From NCBI GenBank assembly GCA_964270895.1, contig OZ185450.1: 64,000 nt of DNA. One strand, given 5' to 3'. Made by a program: the position numbers and the translations under genes. Every line of letters starts with the position of its first letter. Positions within the stretch are counted from its first letter, which is position 1. Shown piece after piece: positions 9,961 through 24,100 of the stretch. The notes under the pieces were generated by a model. The model was not told the DNA's origin and searched no databases. It saw only the letters and a list, made by a program, of their open reading frames with translations. Source of the stretch: Podarcis filfolensis. Lineage: Eukaryota.

Positions 9961-12006
9961 ACCAGTTAGGCGTTTGAAAGGGGCTGGCCTATAGTATTAT
10001 GCAAACTACCTGCAAATCGCCTTCAAAAGTGTCACGAGATTTATTCTAAAATTGAGGAAACGTTGCTTGAAAGGCCTGGGAGAGCCGCTACCAGCCAGCC
10101 AATGAGGCAGAAGGGCCAATGGTCTGGTTGGTGTAAAGCTGCTTCCTGTGTAAAACTCTGCTACAAGATGAGCTGACAACGAACGCTACCTTAAACGGAG
10201 AGGTCTCTCAGGCTTCTCATCCTGTAATATGGAGTCCCCAGGGGCACAAGAAGTAGATCACTGCATACTGAAAATGGGACCCACTGACTGGTGTTCATCC
10301 CTGATGGTGCAGCAAATGAGTTTATTGGAGGTGGCCTAATTAGCAAGTGCAGCTGGCAGGATAGTAGACGAGTGTGGTGCTCGACTGAATCCAGCAAGGA
10401 AATTTGCATGTGTTTTATTAAAAGGGGATTGGACCAACTGATGGAAGTGAAGAGGTTTAACGATGCATATTAGGAACCCCAGCTCCCAAAGAGCATAACT
10501 ATAAATAGTGTAAGAGCAGCTCTACTGTTGTAGCCCACACACCACCTAGTTCTGTATGCCAGTAACAGCCCAACCAAGTGAGAGCAACCAACCCCTTCAC
10601 CCCTTTTACCAAACTTTTCTCTAAACCAGTCATTCCATCCATCATTTTGGGTGCCCTTTTCTAACAATGTAATATTTTTTCCATAGATTGGTGTTGCAGC
10701 ATTATGATATCAACAGTTTTCTTTTCAGTTTCTTTCCCAATGATTCCTAGCATGGAAGTTGTCCTTTTTCACAGCTGCCACGTGCTACGTCAACACCTTC
10801 ATTGAGCTATCCACTGCCACCCACAAGGTCTCATTCCTGGCAGCTCACCATCAGATTCACAGACCACGAGGTATATGTAAAATTAAGGTATTTTGCCCCA
10901 ACATACATCAATTCATGGTTTAGAGTGAACTGCATTTTCCTCATTATCTCCAGAGAGAGAAAAGAGCAGGCAGCTGTGGGAGGAAGCTCAAACCTGCATC
11001 TAGCCTCAAAGACTATTCCTCCCTCTGTGGTAGAAGATGGTGCCCCAAGAAAGATGAAGGAGCAGGAAGGTAGCTCCCTGTGGCTTGGAGCACAGTTCCA
11101 ATGCTTAATTGCTCTTGCAAAGTCAAGAAACAAGGAGGTGAAGTGCCGGGGTGGTAGGAAGCTAATTGCAGCAGAGGAGATGGGAGGAACCAGCTCAGAT
11201 AACAGCCATCTGCCTGCAGGCCCAGCTTCTACTACCACCCACAAACTATACCAGAAATCTAATCCTGAGCAAGAATAGCCACAGAACTGGGCCTTTTCTA
11301 TGAAGCAGCTCCTCTTGGCTCTCACAGAAATACCAAAGAATTGGGAAGGTGGGAGGGGGAGAGAGGCAGTTGTTCAGAAAGGAAGAAAAGAGTATACATA
11401 CATATACAGGAAGACCCATAGTTCTCTTCACCCACATTCACACACTTTATAGCTCAAGCAAGTAAACCGCTATTAAGTGAAGGGTTACAGAGATATTAGT
11501 GCTGAACATTATTTACATCTTCAATCCATCTCCCCAGGAAAATAACTCTTCCAGTTCCAGAATCCAGTCAGTTTAGTTCCACGCTGTATATCTTTGATGA
11601 GGGCAGCACAGGCTTACTAGAGATCCTCCTCATACAGAGCTTGGAACACAAGAGGCACCAGGAGAAAGTTGGAGCAGAGAGCTCGTTTTCACCACACAGT
11701 CTTACAGGAGCCCACTGCTAATGCTGAAGCACCAGACTTTTAACCAGGAGACTTAACCAGCAGGCTGTAAGGCTTGGAGAAGCAGGCCTGGCTGTAGTCA
11801 GGCAAAATAATAATAATAACAATAATAAACAAGCCAGAGTTCCCTTGGTCTCTCTCTCCATTTCCTAAGCCAGTTACGCAGCCCTCCTGGTCTTCAGTCA
11901 AATCCTAGCCTCTTTTGGGTCACAGTGCACTAGAAAGAGAAGCTGATTGCATCACTCGTTCGGAGAGCCAAGGTCAGGGGACTGAAGGACACCCACCCAC
12001 CGCCAT

Positions 12007-12171
12007 CTAAGTGCTCCGTTTTGTGTGTATCAGCAGCTCACGCTGCAGGCCCGCATCGAGTACTGCAGCAGATTTGCCTGGAGGAAGGTCTGTGATGAGG
12101 GTGAGCTTGTTGAAAACGCCTCGGCCAAAATAATCCGCAACCACAGAAAAGCTGTCATTGGAGCATTTCAT
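12007..12171 (-). CDS. VPS11: VPS11 exon 16 (MKCSNDSFSVV...TKRST*)
   Basis: acag| acceptor, TAG stop. Confidence 0.94.
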   Translation of the reverse strand: MKCSNDSFSVVADYFGRGVFNKLTLITDLPPGKSAAVLDAGLQRELLIHTKRST

Positions 12172-15100
12172 CTGTAAGGTGGAACAAACAAAAGCTTCAC
12201 TATCGGGGGTGTTTGGGGTGGAAGATTCTATCATTTACTATACATTTTGGCAAATGGTTTGCCTCTATATGTTCGGCCACCTCTTGAGATATCATTGTCA
12301 AACTCAGCACAATGATTCCCGAGGTGGGGCAGTAGACTTTGTTGGTGTTTGGGCACAGGCGCCATTTTGAACCAAGATGGTGGACCGAAACATGACTTTG
12401 GCATGTCTCCACCCAACATCCAGAGTTATGGGTTCAAACACAAATTACACTACGCATTTAAAACAACACAGTATTCCCCCCCCTAAAAAATCCCAGGCAG
12501 GACTGGGCACTCCCCACCAGTTGGATATAAGGTGTCATAATAAACCAGACTGGAAATCCAGCTAGGCAGTCAGTGAGACCCACCTGGTGCTGGAACTGGT
12601 CGTGCAAGTCCCGCTTCTGCTCTTGAGCGCGGATCATGTCCATGACTTTGCGGTTCTCTGGCAAGCAGGTGGGACACTCCGACCCACTCTCCGAGTAGCT
12701 CTCAAAGCAGTGCTGGTGGAAGGAGTGGCCACACAGAAAGTGAACTGAGGGCAGCTCCAAGGCACTGGTGCAAATGCTGCACTTGGTCTTCTGGAAGATC
12801 TTGGGACTGAGAAAAGGAAACACATAAGGGAAGGGCAAGGAAGAGAGATGGTTTTCAGGGACACACAATGTGCAGAAGCAACAGCAACACATTCCTATGA
12901 TGCCCACACTGTATTTGGGCATCAAACTTCTCCCCTGCCCTGGATTCCAGGATTGCTACAGCAGCTGTAAGTAAATAGCAGCTGTACTCTTGATCCATCT
13001 CAATCCCTTCCAAGGAACCACCTGGACTTGTTCATCACACTGCACCACCAAACAGAGCACAATGGGCAGAAGGCAGGAAAGTGGCATGTAGTGATGTCTT
13101 GCTCCCTCTGGAGGCCGCGTCTTATGGAGGTCAGACAGGCCCAGCAACTTGGACTGCGTCTACCTGCTTTTGAGCTCCTCAATCTCCTTGCGGATCCGCT
13201 TAGTCTCCTCCCGGTACTTCTGAATCCTCTGCTCGTCCTGCTCAATCTGGCGGCTCTGCTTCTGCAGCTTGCTGACCAGGTAATCCTTGATGACAGACAG
13301 GGTGGCTGTGGAGTTGTGAGCCAGAGTCTGCACAACTGGACAGAGGGGGCAATCCATCAGCACAGGGAAGGAGAGGGAGTGGGGCAATTTATATTACACC
13401 TGGGTGAGCACAAATCTACCTTGTCCCTTCAAACCACAGGGGAGGGGCCCTTCAGCATTCTCTGTCCCATTCCATAACACTTCAGACCCTTTAACGGCCA
13501 AGATTCAGACAGCAAAGGACAATTTAAACTTGTTATCCATTGACAAAGGGTGGATCAGAAAAACAAATAAACCTTCAGCCAAAAGCATCACTGGTGTCAA
13601 GAGTAAGAGCAGGATTGTGACGTTAACATATGAGAGAGTGCTGGAGGTGAAATAGTTAAACAGGTTGCCCAGTCAGGACCTGGGGGGTGGAGTCAGTGGG
13701 ACTATAAAACCAGCTCTGGGAGAGGCAAAGGGGAGAGTTCATTGGGGAGTTAGTTGGGAGTTGGTTGGAGTGGGAGTGAATTGGGCTAGAGTTGTGGGTA
13801 GGGTGAGTTAGTGTAGCGAAATGGGCTGAGTCAGGAACAGTTAGGGGCTAGGCAGACAAGTATATATCTGAGAGGTGGTTTAGTGTGTGAGAGCAGGTAG
13901 CAAAAGTTATAGGTCTGGATAGGCACCCCATGAATGTAATTGACGGATACCGTTTATGAAACCACACGCTTGTTAAACTGCAATAAATAAACAAAAGTTT
14001 ATGTTTCAATTTAACCCCGACTGGACTCAGTATTGTCCCAGGTAGGGCCTGGGTGGTGGCAGCAAGAAATAAAGTGGTGGCACAGGGATCAATAGATGGT
14101 GAAACATCCAGGGACCCTGTGTGATCACCACAGAAAAAGAGGGCAATTTAAACTTGTTATCCATTGATAAAGGGTGGTTCAGAAAAACAAATAGACCTTC
14201 AGCCAAAAGCATCACTGGCGTCAAGAGTAGGAGCAGCATCTGGCCTCCATAGGGTCTTGGAAGGCATAAAGGGAGAGGCTGAAGGGAGTCCTGGATTTAA
14301 CTAGAAGCTCTTTTGCTTGAGAGACTGGTTTTAATTCCCAGCTGCATCCACCCCAGAAGCTTCCCAAAGCCAAGCCTCTCAAGGAGACAGCCTCAGCCAC
14401 CCCCACCCCCCGCCTGGAAGTGGAACCTCCCTCACCCAGCAGGGGCGGCATTAGATTCTTGGTCTCAATGTGCTTGAGCACAGCTGTGATGTACTCTTTG
14501 CAGTCCTCCTCCTTGTGGGCAAAGTAGCCGAGGGCTTGTTCCCAAAGGCAGGCCTCCTGGTCTCCGTACAGCTCACAGACTTCCACCACCTTCTTGTACT
14601 GCTCGTTCTGCATGTGGTAGTGCATGATCTGCTGGAAACTGGGGAAGGAAGGGAGAAGAGGGCTCTTTCCACCAGGAGGCCACATATAATGCCCTTGAGC
14701 CCACCTGCTGCTCTCCAAACCTTCCTTAGCTACATAGCCTGGGCACAGATCAACCAGGTTCAAACCCTGCACATAGGCTGCAAAGCCTGGTCTGCAATAT
14801 CCGGCACCCTCCTCATTGGGGAAGCTCCAGAAACCCTCTTCCAACCCCCAAAAAGAGTAGGAGGCTGCTGGCGCCTCTAGACTCACAGCTTGCCCTGTTC
14901 GTAGAGGTACAGGACACCATCCTTGAAGTTGTGCATCTGGCACAGGACCAAAGCCTTATCGAAGACGCTCCGAAACTTCCCACTCTTCAGCAAGGAAATG
15001 GCTTCGTTGTGCAGCCTCTCTTTGACCTACATGGAGCCCAAAGCCAAGAAAACATCAAGCTAATAAGCAGAGCTCTGCAGCAACCGGATCAGGCCAAAGG

Positions 15101-18100
15101 AGGCCCATCCAGTCCAGTATCCTGTTCTTACGGTGGCCAACCAGATGGCATAATGCAAGGAGAGCCAAATGCAACAGAAGCACTTTCCTGCTCTTGCCCA
15201 CCGATTCTGGAGAGAGCATGCAACCATCAGGAATAATAGCATTGCCCTCCGTGAATGTGTCTAATCCTTTTTTGAAGCCATTCAAGTTGGTGATCATCAC
15301 TAAATCATGTGGGAGTGGATTCCGTATTTTGTGTTCCATCTTCCCGTTTCTCTGCCCTGAATCTCCCACTGTTCAGCTTTGCCGGATAACCCCAGGATCA
15401 AGAATTAGGAGATGGCAAGGGACAGGGGTGGCTACGCTTCATTTCAAGAGTCTGATCCAGACACACACCTCCAAGCAACTGTTCTGGCACTGCCCCAATA
15501 ACCCTCCAACTTTGGCAGAAAATAATAATGAAACAGACATACTGCTGTGTGGTGGGTGGGCCCTAATTGGGTGTTTGTGTGGGTACAAACTGTCCTCTTC
15601 CTGGTCATCCAACTGGTCATTTGGTGTACAGAGAGGAAAAGATAATCTCCACTTCGCAGTTTTCTGCATAGATCAGCTGTGTTTGTGTGTGCAGTCAACA
15701 GTATGTGATAGTATCTGGTGAGCACTCACCCCTGGAATGCAGTTCCTTGCCCCCTGTGAAGGTTGACCAAGGTTCAATGTGGCACTCAGGCCAAAAGATG
15801 GGTTAGCCACCTGTGTCACAGGCACCTTGAACCAGAGCCCCATGAATTGAGCTTTTCTCTCTTGCCAGCCAGATTTTCACCAGGCAGGTCACCCAAGACC
15901 TTGCTGCCAATGGCTTCCACCAGTCAACCTCCCCTGGGCACAACTAGAAATTTGACCCCAAGCGGATGGAGGACTGACCTGTGGATCCTGCTCATGCGCC
16001 CAGTTCTGGAGGCGGAGCTCCAGCAGTGTGTCGTACACGCCCTGTGGAGAGTCTGGCTGCACTTCTGACATGTGCTCTAGGAAGGCCTTCAGCTCCCGGG
16101 AGTTGTTGGCAAAAATGGGAATGAACTCATCAGGATTTGCCTATATTACAAAGAGAGAAGAGAATGGGGAAAGGCAGGCAGTAGCCAGTCTAGATGGAAC
16201 ATTCTGTGTCTCAGTTCTCCTGGCAGAGCCTTCTGCAGCCCCAAATGTCCCAGAGCTCCCCCCACAACACATGTGGGGAACCTTTGGCTCTCCAGACGTG
16301 GCTGAACTACAACTCCCACCAGCCCCAGCAAGCAAATGGCCAGAGATGATGGGAGCTGTAGTTCAGCAACACCTGGAGGGTCAGTGACTCCCCACACCTG
16401 CCCTACAAGGAGCCTAGCAAATACTGGCTGGTGCTCAGGACACAGCAAGTATCAGCAAGTGCTATTGCAATAAACCCGGTATGAGGTATGTGTGTGTGTT
16501 TGTATGGGGACGAATGGCTTATCTGAACAGCAACCAGACAAGGAAAAACTCTGCAAGCCACACAGGTCTGAGCCCTTTGCTGCCTCCCAGAGGTTGTTCA
16601 ACATTCCTGCCTTCCAACCAGTTCAGTCGGTAGAGCATGAGGCTCTTAATCTCAGGGTTGCGGGTTTGAATCCCACATTCGGCAACAGGGGTTGGACAAG
16701 ATGACCCTAATGGTCCCTTCCAACTCTACAATTCTATGACTCTGCTTGTCCCCCACAATACCCTGCAAGCTATCACCACTGAGCCTGCTTGCCCAGACTG
16801 TATTTTACACTCAGCATTTTGTTCACTTAATGCCGATTACTCCTCATCCCCCTGCTCTCCTTGGTAAGCACCACCCTCAGCTGCACAAGCGAAGGGCAGC
16901 AATGCAACCCCCCTCCCCGCCCAGAATCCAGCCAATACCTTCCTCCCTTCCAGTGCTCCAGGACCCTCACGATCCCCCACCGGCTGGTAGTTCGTGCACA
17001 GGACCTTCAGGAGCTCAGTGGTCTCGTTCGGGACATGATGCATGAGGATCTTGCCGTACCGTTTCATGTTGCTCTCGGCCTGTTCAAAGGGCAGCTTCCC
17101 AATGTAACGCAGGGCTTCCTGGTAGTTCTGCACAGGAGAAAGGCAGGCAATAGGAGAGATTGCTTTGGAGCTAACGTGTTTGCCTTCTGCCTGCATGCAG
17201 AACAGCTTTCCCAAACCGGGTGCCCTCTGCATGTTTTGCAGGACAACTCTTCTTAGTCCTAGCCAGCACAACAGCTGTGTGATGATGGGGGCTGATGGTA
17301 ACTGTAGTCCAAAACACACATGGGGGGGTACCCACTTGAGGAAAACTGCTGCAGAACCATCACACATGGAAAGTTTATGAGACAAGTGTGCCAGCTCTGC
17401 CCCTCTCACTGCTGTTCCTGTGGGTCCTCCGCATGCCGCATGCTGGATGCCGCATGCTGGGTCCTCCGCATGCTGGATGCTGACCTTGCAAAGCAGGGAG
17501 CCTCCTGCACTCAAGGAAACTCTCCAATGCATTTTAGAACCCTGACTTCAGTGTTTAAAAGTGCACAGGGAGCCTCAACAAGTACAAGAAGCTCAGAGCT
17601 TCAGACAGTTGGCCTCCAACTTGGGGGAGGGCAACAGGAATGAAAATGAGGGGGGCAGAGCTAGCACTCCCATCCCCATGCCCCCCTCCCCCAGTAATTA
17701 TTCTACGTGCTGACAGAACACCTGAAGAGGGCTTCTGACACAAGCATGGATAATGCTCCCAGGACAAGACAGGCTGAGCAAACTTCAGAAGCAGACCCCA
17801 GTTCCCCTGTATCTTGGGGTTAGAACTAAGTATTTAAAGAACTACCTATAGTGAGATGAAAATGCAAGCAGGACTTGAAATATGAGCAACAGCGTTCATT
17901 ATTAAGATAAATAGGTTAAAATGGATGTACAGTCATACCTTGGTTGCTGAACGCCTTGGAACTCGTACATTTCAGCTCCCAAACGATCAAAAACCAGTAG
18001 TGAGTGTCCGGTTTCTGAACGATTTTCAGAAGCCGAACGTACAGCGTGGCTTCCGACTGACAGCAGGAACTTCCTGTAGCCAATCAGAGGCCACACTTTG

Positions 18101-21100
18101 GTTTCTGAATGCTTTGGAAGTTGAACGGACTTCAGGAATAGATTCCATTTGACTTCCAAGCTATGACTGTATTGGATAGTATATGTGAAATATGCAGCAT
18201 TCAAGGGTAAATGTGGAAACCATGGAAGGGAAGAATGAGAAGTAAATGAATAATATAATTTACGGTCTATGTTAAAGGTTTTTGTCTGCCTGTCTGTCTG
18301 TCTGTTTTTTTGTGAAAAATCAATAAACAGTAATAATAAGGAAAAAGTCCTGCCTTTTTTTCTCCACGGCAACAAGTCACACAGATCCTCTTGCAAAATG
18401 CAGCACAGGAGCAGCTGCCCCACTTAATGTAAAAATCATGGCAAGCCCTTTTAAACTCACTGCTGCAGCCTTGAGACCTCAAAATGTTTAACAACTAAGA
18501 AAGTGTTCGTAACAGGCTAAGTGAAAGACCCACGGGAGCAGGCAAGTTACCCACCCTTATGCTAATCTAACGCCTCTATGTCTGCCATGTGGGAAAACAG
18601 ATGTACACAGTGTCAAACTGTGGACACTACTATCCCCAATGCAAAAAAGGGAGAATGTAGAGAAACACGGTCGTCACACACACCCCTCCTGAGCCAAAGC
18701 GCCTGTCAGGTTTCTCCAGCATCTCCAGATGCACTCCAAGAAGTCAGCTTTAAAAGCTGGAAGTGAAGCTCAGCATCAGGCAGGCAGTTTGGCCTCACCT
18801 TGATATCCTCCAGCTGGATCTTGAGGTACCACTCGTGGTGCGCATGCTTCTCAGCTAGGTACACGGCATGGGAGTAGCAGCCTGCCTGACGCAGAACCTT
18901 GATGGCTGTCTCCACATCAAAGTGCACCTCGCTCTCACTGGTCTGTGTGGGGGAGACAAAGCAAAGAAGGCATTCAGAAGGGGCATGTCTACTGAGAAAG
19001 AGGAATGCCTCTGTATGTCTCCCATGAAACCGTAATATATTATGGCTGGAGCCAGAAGCAGCAGGTTGCCCCCGGGACAAAGAGAAAGCCTCTGCTTCTT
19101 CCTTCCTATGAGGTTAAAAAGAAATAAGCTTTTCTTCCTGCAAAGGGAAGACTTCTGATCCTTCTCAACTCCAGGACTGGAGGAAAGCACCCACCCAACC
19201 AACCTCAAGCAGCCAAATGAAGAGTCCTTCAGTTACCCAGAAGACTCTCTCAATCTCTGCACTGGGAATGTGGAGCAAGCAGGCACCAAAAGTTGGAGGA
19301 TGGCTGCTCAAGCACACAAGCCCACTGAGGCATAATGGGGAAGGAGGAAAAGCTACCCCTAGAGCCAAAGTGCCAGGGCATCCACACCCTTCCCTGTTGT
19401 ACCTTGATGAACTCCTCAAGCTTGGATATGTCTTTCAGCTTGGTGTAGCAATTCAGCAGCAGTGTCGTGTGGTCTGCGTTGGCCAATGACTGCAGGTGGA
19501 GCGTCTGCAAGTACGCAGTCAGGTTGTGTATCCTCTGAGCATCCAAGAACTTGCGGATGACGTAGGATGGCTCTAGTTTCCCAATGGTACTAGGGAGAAA
19601 GAGGACCCTATGAGGACCCTATTCCAGGTAGTCGAAAGAGAGAGGATGGGAAAGTGTGCACATAACCCCAACATCACATCTGGTTCTACAGAGGATCAGA
19701 AGGTGCAGCCACAATTTCCAACACAAGTAGGGCACGGGGAGAGGAGGTGGCTTGGAGTGCCGAATTAATTGGGGAGAGTGGAAATCAAGGGGGTGGAAAT
19801 CAAAAATTGCAATTCTCACAATTTGGGGCTGGAAACTTATCTTGGTCTGCCCCTCACATTGCCAAAGGTAGTGCAATCTGCTGATAAGCTCCTCACAATC
19901 TGAAAAGCCAGGAGCAATCACAGATAGATAGGCATTTCCTGTACACTAAGTAAAAAAATCCCAGTCCACTGGGATCTAGAGACCCAAACTCCATTTGGAC
20001 GCGTCAGAGCTCACCAGGGCTCTGTGTGTTTGCAAACCACATTTCGGTGGATTTAGTTCCCATCTCCTGATGGTTTCCCTGGTGAGGCAATTCAGAAAGG
20101 AAGCCAACAAGAAGGTGGGAGGTCGGCCAGATTAAAAATCCAGATTTGCGGCACCCAGATGCTTAGATAGCAAGGCCTCTGGTTTTTCTTCTCACCCCAA
20201 CATGGCTGTAATGGAAAGGGAGGGAGGGAAGGAGGGCCAAAACTCTCCTATCCCGCTTACCGAATATATTGCTGAATGGCGCCATCGTGGTTTCCCTTGT
20301 TATACAGATGGTCTCCATACTGGCGAAAGATCTCAGACAAGCCGTCACTATCCAGGTGGTGGCTCCTGGCCAGGTGAATGGCCATTTCAAAGAGGTTCTT
20401 CCTGAAGAGCATCTGTTGGAAGAGAAGTGCTTGCTTGCTTACAAACGTTGATGGGATCAACAGGGTTTTAAGGGTTATCTTGACTATTCATAACTATTGT
20501 TCCATGGGGAGCTGCTTATTTACTGGGGTCCTCAAGTATGGAATGCATACTGATGTATTGTTTTGCTAATGCATAACGACATGCATTTGCAGCTTTCGTA
20601 ACTGTAAGAGGAGAAACAAGGGGCTCTAGGCCACAGCTGCTCCCTCCCTCTGTGCCACATAGCACAGATGCTAGTTCAGAGTCACTTCCAGCCCCTTACT
20701 CAGGCTCCCTACGGAGCAACAACAGACCACACCAACCTCCCGCAAACTGGAGCCCTCCAAATGGTTGGGGCTACGGCTCCCCATCAGCCCCAGGCAGCAC
20801 AGGTGTATGATGCTGGGACTGATGGCATTTGCAGTCCAAACGGTCTGGTGTAGGGCAATGTCTGGGCTTTGAGCTGCAGGCATCTGTGAATACGCTTTGC
20901 ACTTCAGAACCCCACTAACCACAGAGGAGGAAGAAGCGACCCAGGTCCCTTGCCTCAAGCTTGGTTTGCGTGTCCTTCTCCTGCAGTGCATGGAGCTTCC
21001 CATCTCTGGTCAGCACATAGAGGCACCCCCACTCAGCCAGGACATCCACCACGTCGTCAAAGACAGAGCTGTATGCAATGAACTTGTTGCCCAAGTCATA

Positions 21101-24100
21101 AATATTCAGGATCTGCTTGTCGGAGTTTTGTGGCTCACTCCCAGCAAATTCCGATCTGGAGTACAGAGGAGCAAAGAGTGAGGGACAGCCTCAGAGATAG
21201 TCTTTTAACTTTCACTCACAGGTCAGGAGTTCCCTTTCGTGCATTGGATGAAAGAATCACACTCAAGCCTCAGAGAGTCTCAAACTGCTGGTCTTAACAT
21301 TTCCAGGCAAACGTTAAAGTCAGCTGGCAGAGCCCTCTGTGAGTACCTGATGAATCTAAAAAACTAATGGCCAAGCTTTTGAATTCCAATGCATAAGATG
21401 CATCTGCCTCCTATTTCTCCCCCACAATATGTATGTCAACCTAACTGTTTCTGAGCCTTGGATAGCACAACATATTGCCTTGCTGCAAAGTAGGGTTTCC
21501 CTACCCAACCCCTGCACTCAGCCATTTGGACCTTTCATGACAGTCATCACATTCTCAAGATTACTTGTACATATCCCACTCAGCATATTCAGAAAATCCA
21601 AGATCTGATAGGAAGCTGGAAAGGAAAGCTGGATTTAACACTGCCTGCAAATAGGGGTTGGAAGGCCAAAAAGAAATCCCATGCAACACACAATGGCTTT
21701 CTACTGCTCTCTCCTACAGAAGAGTACCTAACCAAAAGCAATAAATAATTTCACAGCAACCACCTTTATCCAGATCCCACACCCCGAGTTTTTAAGAGGT
21801 CAAAGGAAAACAATTCAACAAGTTATTCTGTCTTGCAGCTCTGTCTTACTTTGGAGAAGGCTTCCGTTCCTTGGAAACAATGACAAGGTAGCCCCGATAC
21901 CAGTGGGCTATCAGCTTCTGGCCTTCAAAGGCAAAGCAGGGCCCACGCTCATCTGGCTGGTACAGATATACACATTCATCTCCTGCCACAATGAACTGGA
22001 GGTCCTGGGAGGGATCGCTGAGAGTGGAGCAGCGCAGCCCACAGCCACGTGTGTCCAATTCTAGCTTTGGATAGTCCTTCACTGAAAGCGTGTAACACTG
22101 CAAAGTCCACAAGGAGGAGGACACAATGAAGCTTGGAAAACCACAAGAACAGCTCAGAAACTGGGGCGGGGCACGGCATGACACACACACACCCCTGGTG
22201 GTCAACCAAACATCTTACCTGGATGTTCTCTGTGGTGGCAACAAACAGATGTGTTGTTTTGCCAGACTGACGGAAGGCAAGGCCTGTAATTGGGTAACTG
22301 CCTTCATGAAGGATCTGACTTTTGCTGTGCCGATCTCTCGTGATGTCCCCTTTAGTGAGCACAACGCTCCCATCTGTAAAGCCTACAGCAGAAATGGGAA
22401 AGGGTGAATGCTGCATTCCAAGAGACACCTTGGGAAAAAGCAGGCATTCTCTGCCATCGGAATACATCAGGTAAGTCCACCAAATGGAAACCTGAATTAG
22501 ATTAATATTAAAAGAGGAAGGAGTACTCTCCCCAAAACAAAGTAGATCAATTTCTGCAAGATCAATTTCTCCTTTATGATTTTATGTCTGTAACTCACAG
22601 CAGCAATTTCATTTCCACTTACCAATGGCCATGAAGTTGAGATTCTCATGGACTGTGAGGCAGGACACAACTGTAGGCTTGTTGCCTGGTATTGCAGGGA
22701 AAATCCTGGTGCACAGAGGATTCCCACCATCACGCTTCTCTAGATTCCAGACTTTGACCTACAAGTTATTATAGGGGGCTTGTTGAGGAAAACCACCACA
22801 AATTGGACCGATTCCCTTCTTATCTAAAAGTAAGTGCTACTGTGCATATAAGATGCACATTTCCCCCTTTCTCCAGTCAAACTCTGGGACCAGGAGTGCA
22901 GACATAGCTGCTGTGGAAAGAAAGGAGCCACATTTACTCTCCTAGCAGGAAGTCACTGCAGGGCAAATAGGCAGAAGGAGCAAGACACCCTTCTCTTGAT
23001 CAGGCTTAAGCCAAATACAGTGGTACCTCTGGTTGCAAACGGGATCCGTTCTGGAGGCCCGTTCGCAACATGAAAAGAGCGTAACCCGCAGCGGCGCATC
23101 TGCTCACGGCAGCTTGCGATTTGCCGCTTCTGCGCATGACATCATTTTGCGCTTCTGTGCATGCGGCGAAACCCGGAAGTAACGCTTTCCGGTACTTCCG
23201 GGTTGCCGCAGGAAGTAACCTGAAAGAACGTAACATGAAACGGACGTAACATGAGGTATGACTGTATGCGCAAGTCAGAAAAATACAAAAAAGCCAAAAT
23301 TCCTGAACACCTGAGTTAAAGGCTTAGGTGACAAATAAATATTTAAAATTCCTAGATTCCAGCAGCAATGTTTTGAAGAACTGGTGGCCCACACTTATCT
23401 CAGCCTTGTCATCACAGAACTCCTCCTTCCCTACAGCTAATCTCGCAAAAGCTTGCCATCAAACAGAAAAACAAGTCCAGCTTCCCTCAAACCAACTTAC
23501 CAAAGGGTTAATACCTTCTTCATCCTCCCCAACTGAAGCCAAGATGCTGTGCTGCTTCAACTGGTAAAGATGTGTCACTCTCAGCTTATAAGCTTGGAAG
23601 CTGCTGAGCTCAAGGTTGCGCAGCAGGAACCATATCTGCCCTTCCATATGTAGGTCTGAGTTAAGGAGTCCTCCCCATAAGAGAGCAGAAGGCACAAAAG
23701 GCTCAGTGGTTTGCTTCTAAAATCTTTTATCGCATTATGTTTATATCCCATCTTTCTTCCATGATGGAACTCAAATTGTTTCCGTAGCTGCCTCCCACCC
23801 AGACACTGACAAGACCTGCATATCTGAGCTGGGTCAAAGGCTGGTGGTGAAGCACCTGCTTTGCATAAGAAGGATTCTAGATTCAATCCCTAGAACTTCC
23901 AAGTAGGTAAAGGCTTCTACTTTCTGTCTGTTGGTCATCATAGACTCTGAGTGCCTACCTAACCTGTGTTTGCCCAGATGTTGCTGGACTTTTAACTGCC
24001 GTCAGTTTGGGCAAAGGCCATGGTCCGCAGCAAGGATGACAACTCAGTCACCACGATGTAGGCAACACTGAACTGGCTGAGCCAATGCTTTCATCAGGCA

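Noticed and set aside
9204-9969. ORFs over the HMBS promoter
   Set aside because: GC-island artefacts; only the 8-codon exon fits the gene.
10098-10122. Twin CCAAT boxes as a promoter of an extra gene (for example H2AX)
   Set aside because: No histone or other ORF follows; by synteny H2AX lies beyond the HMBS 3' end, outside this window.
10802-11325. 158/164-aa overlapping ORFs between VPS11 and HMBS
   Set aside because: No homology recognised, non-ATG starts, no splice context; likely UTR or intergenic.
14221-14943. 240-aa ORF as a separate gene (likewise 16837-17532)
   Set aside because: A VPS11 exon extended by open intronic frame on each side.
16611-16684. tRNA-Lys(CUU) gene
   Set aside because: The acceptor stem is broken, the T-loop is mutated (GTTTGAATC), and a CR1-like tail follows directly, so it is a SINE head.
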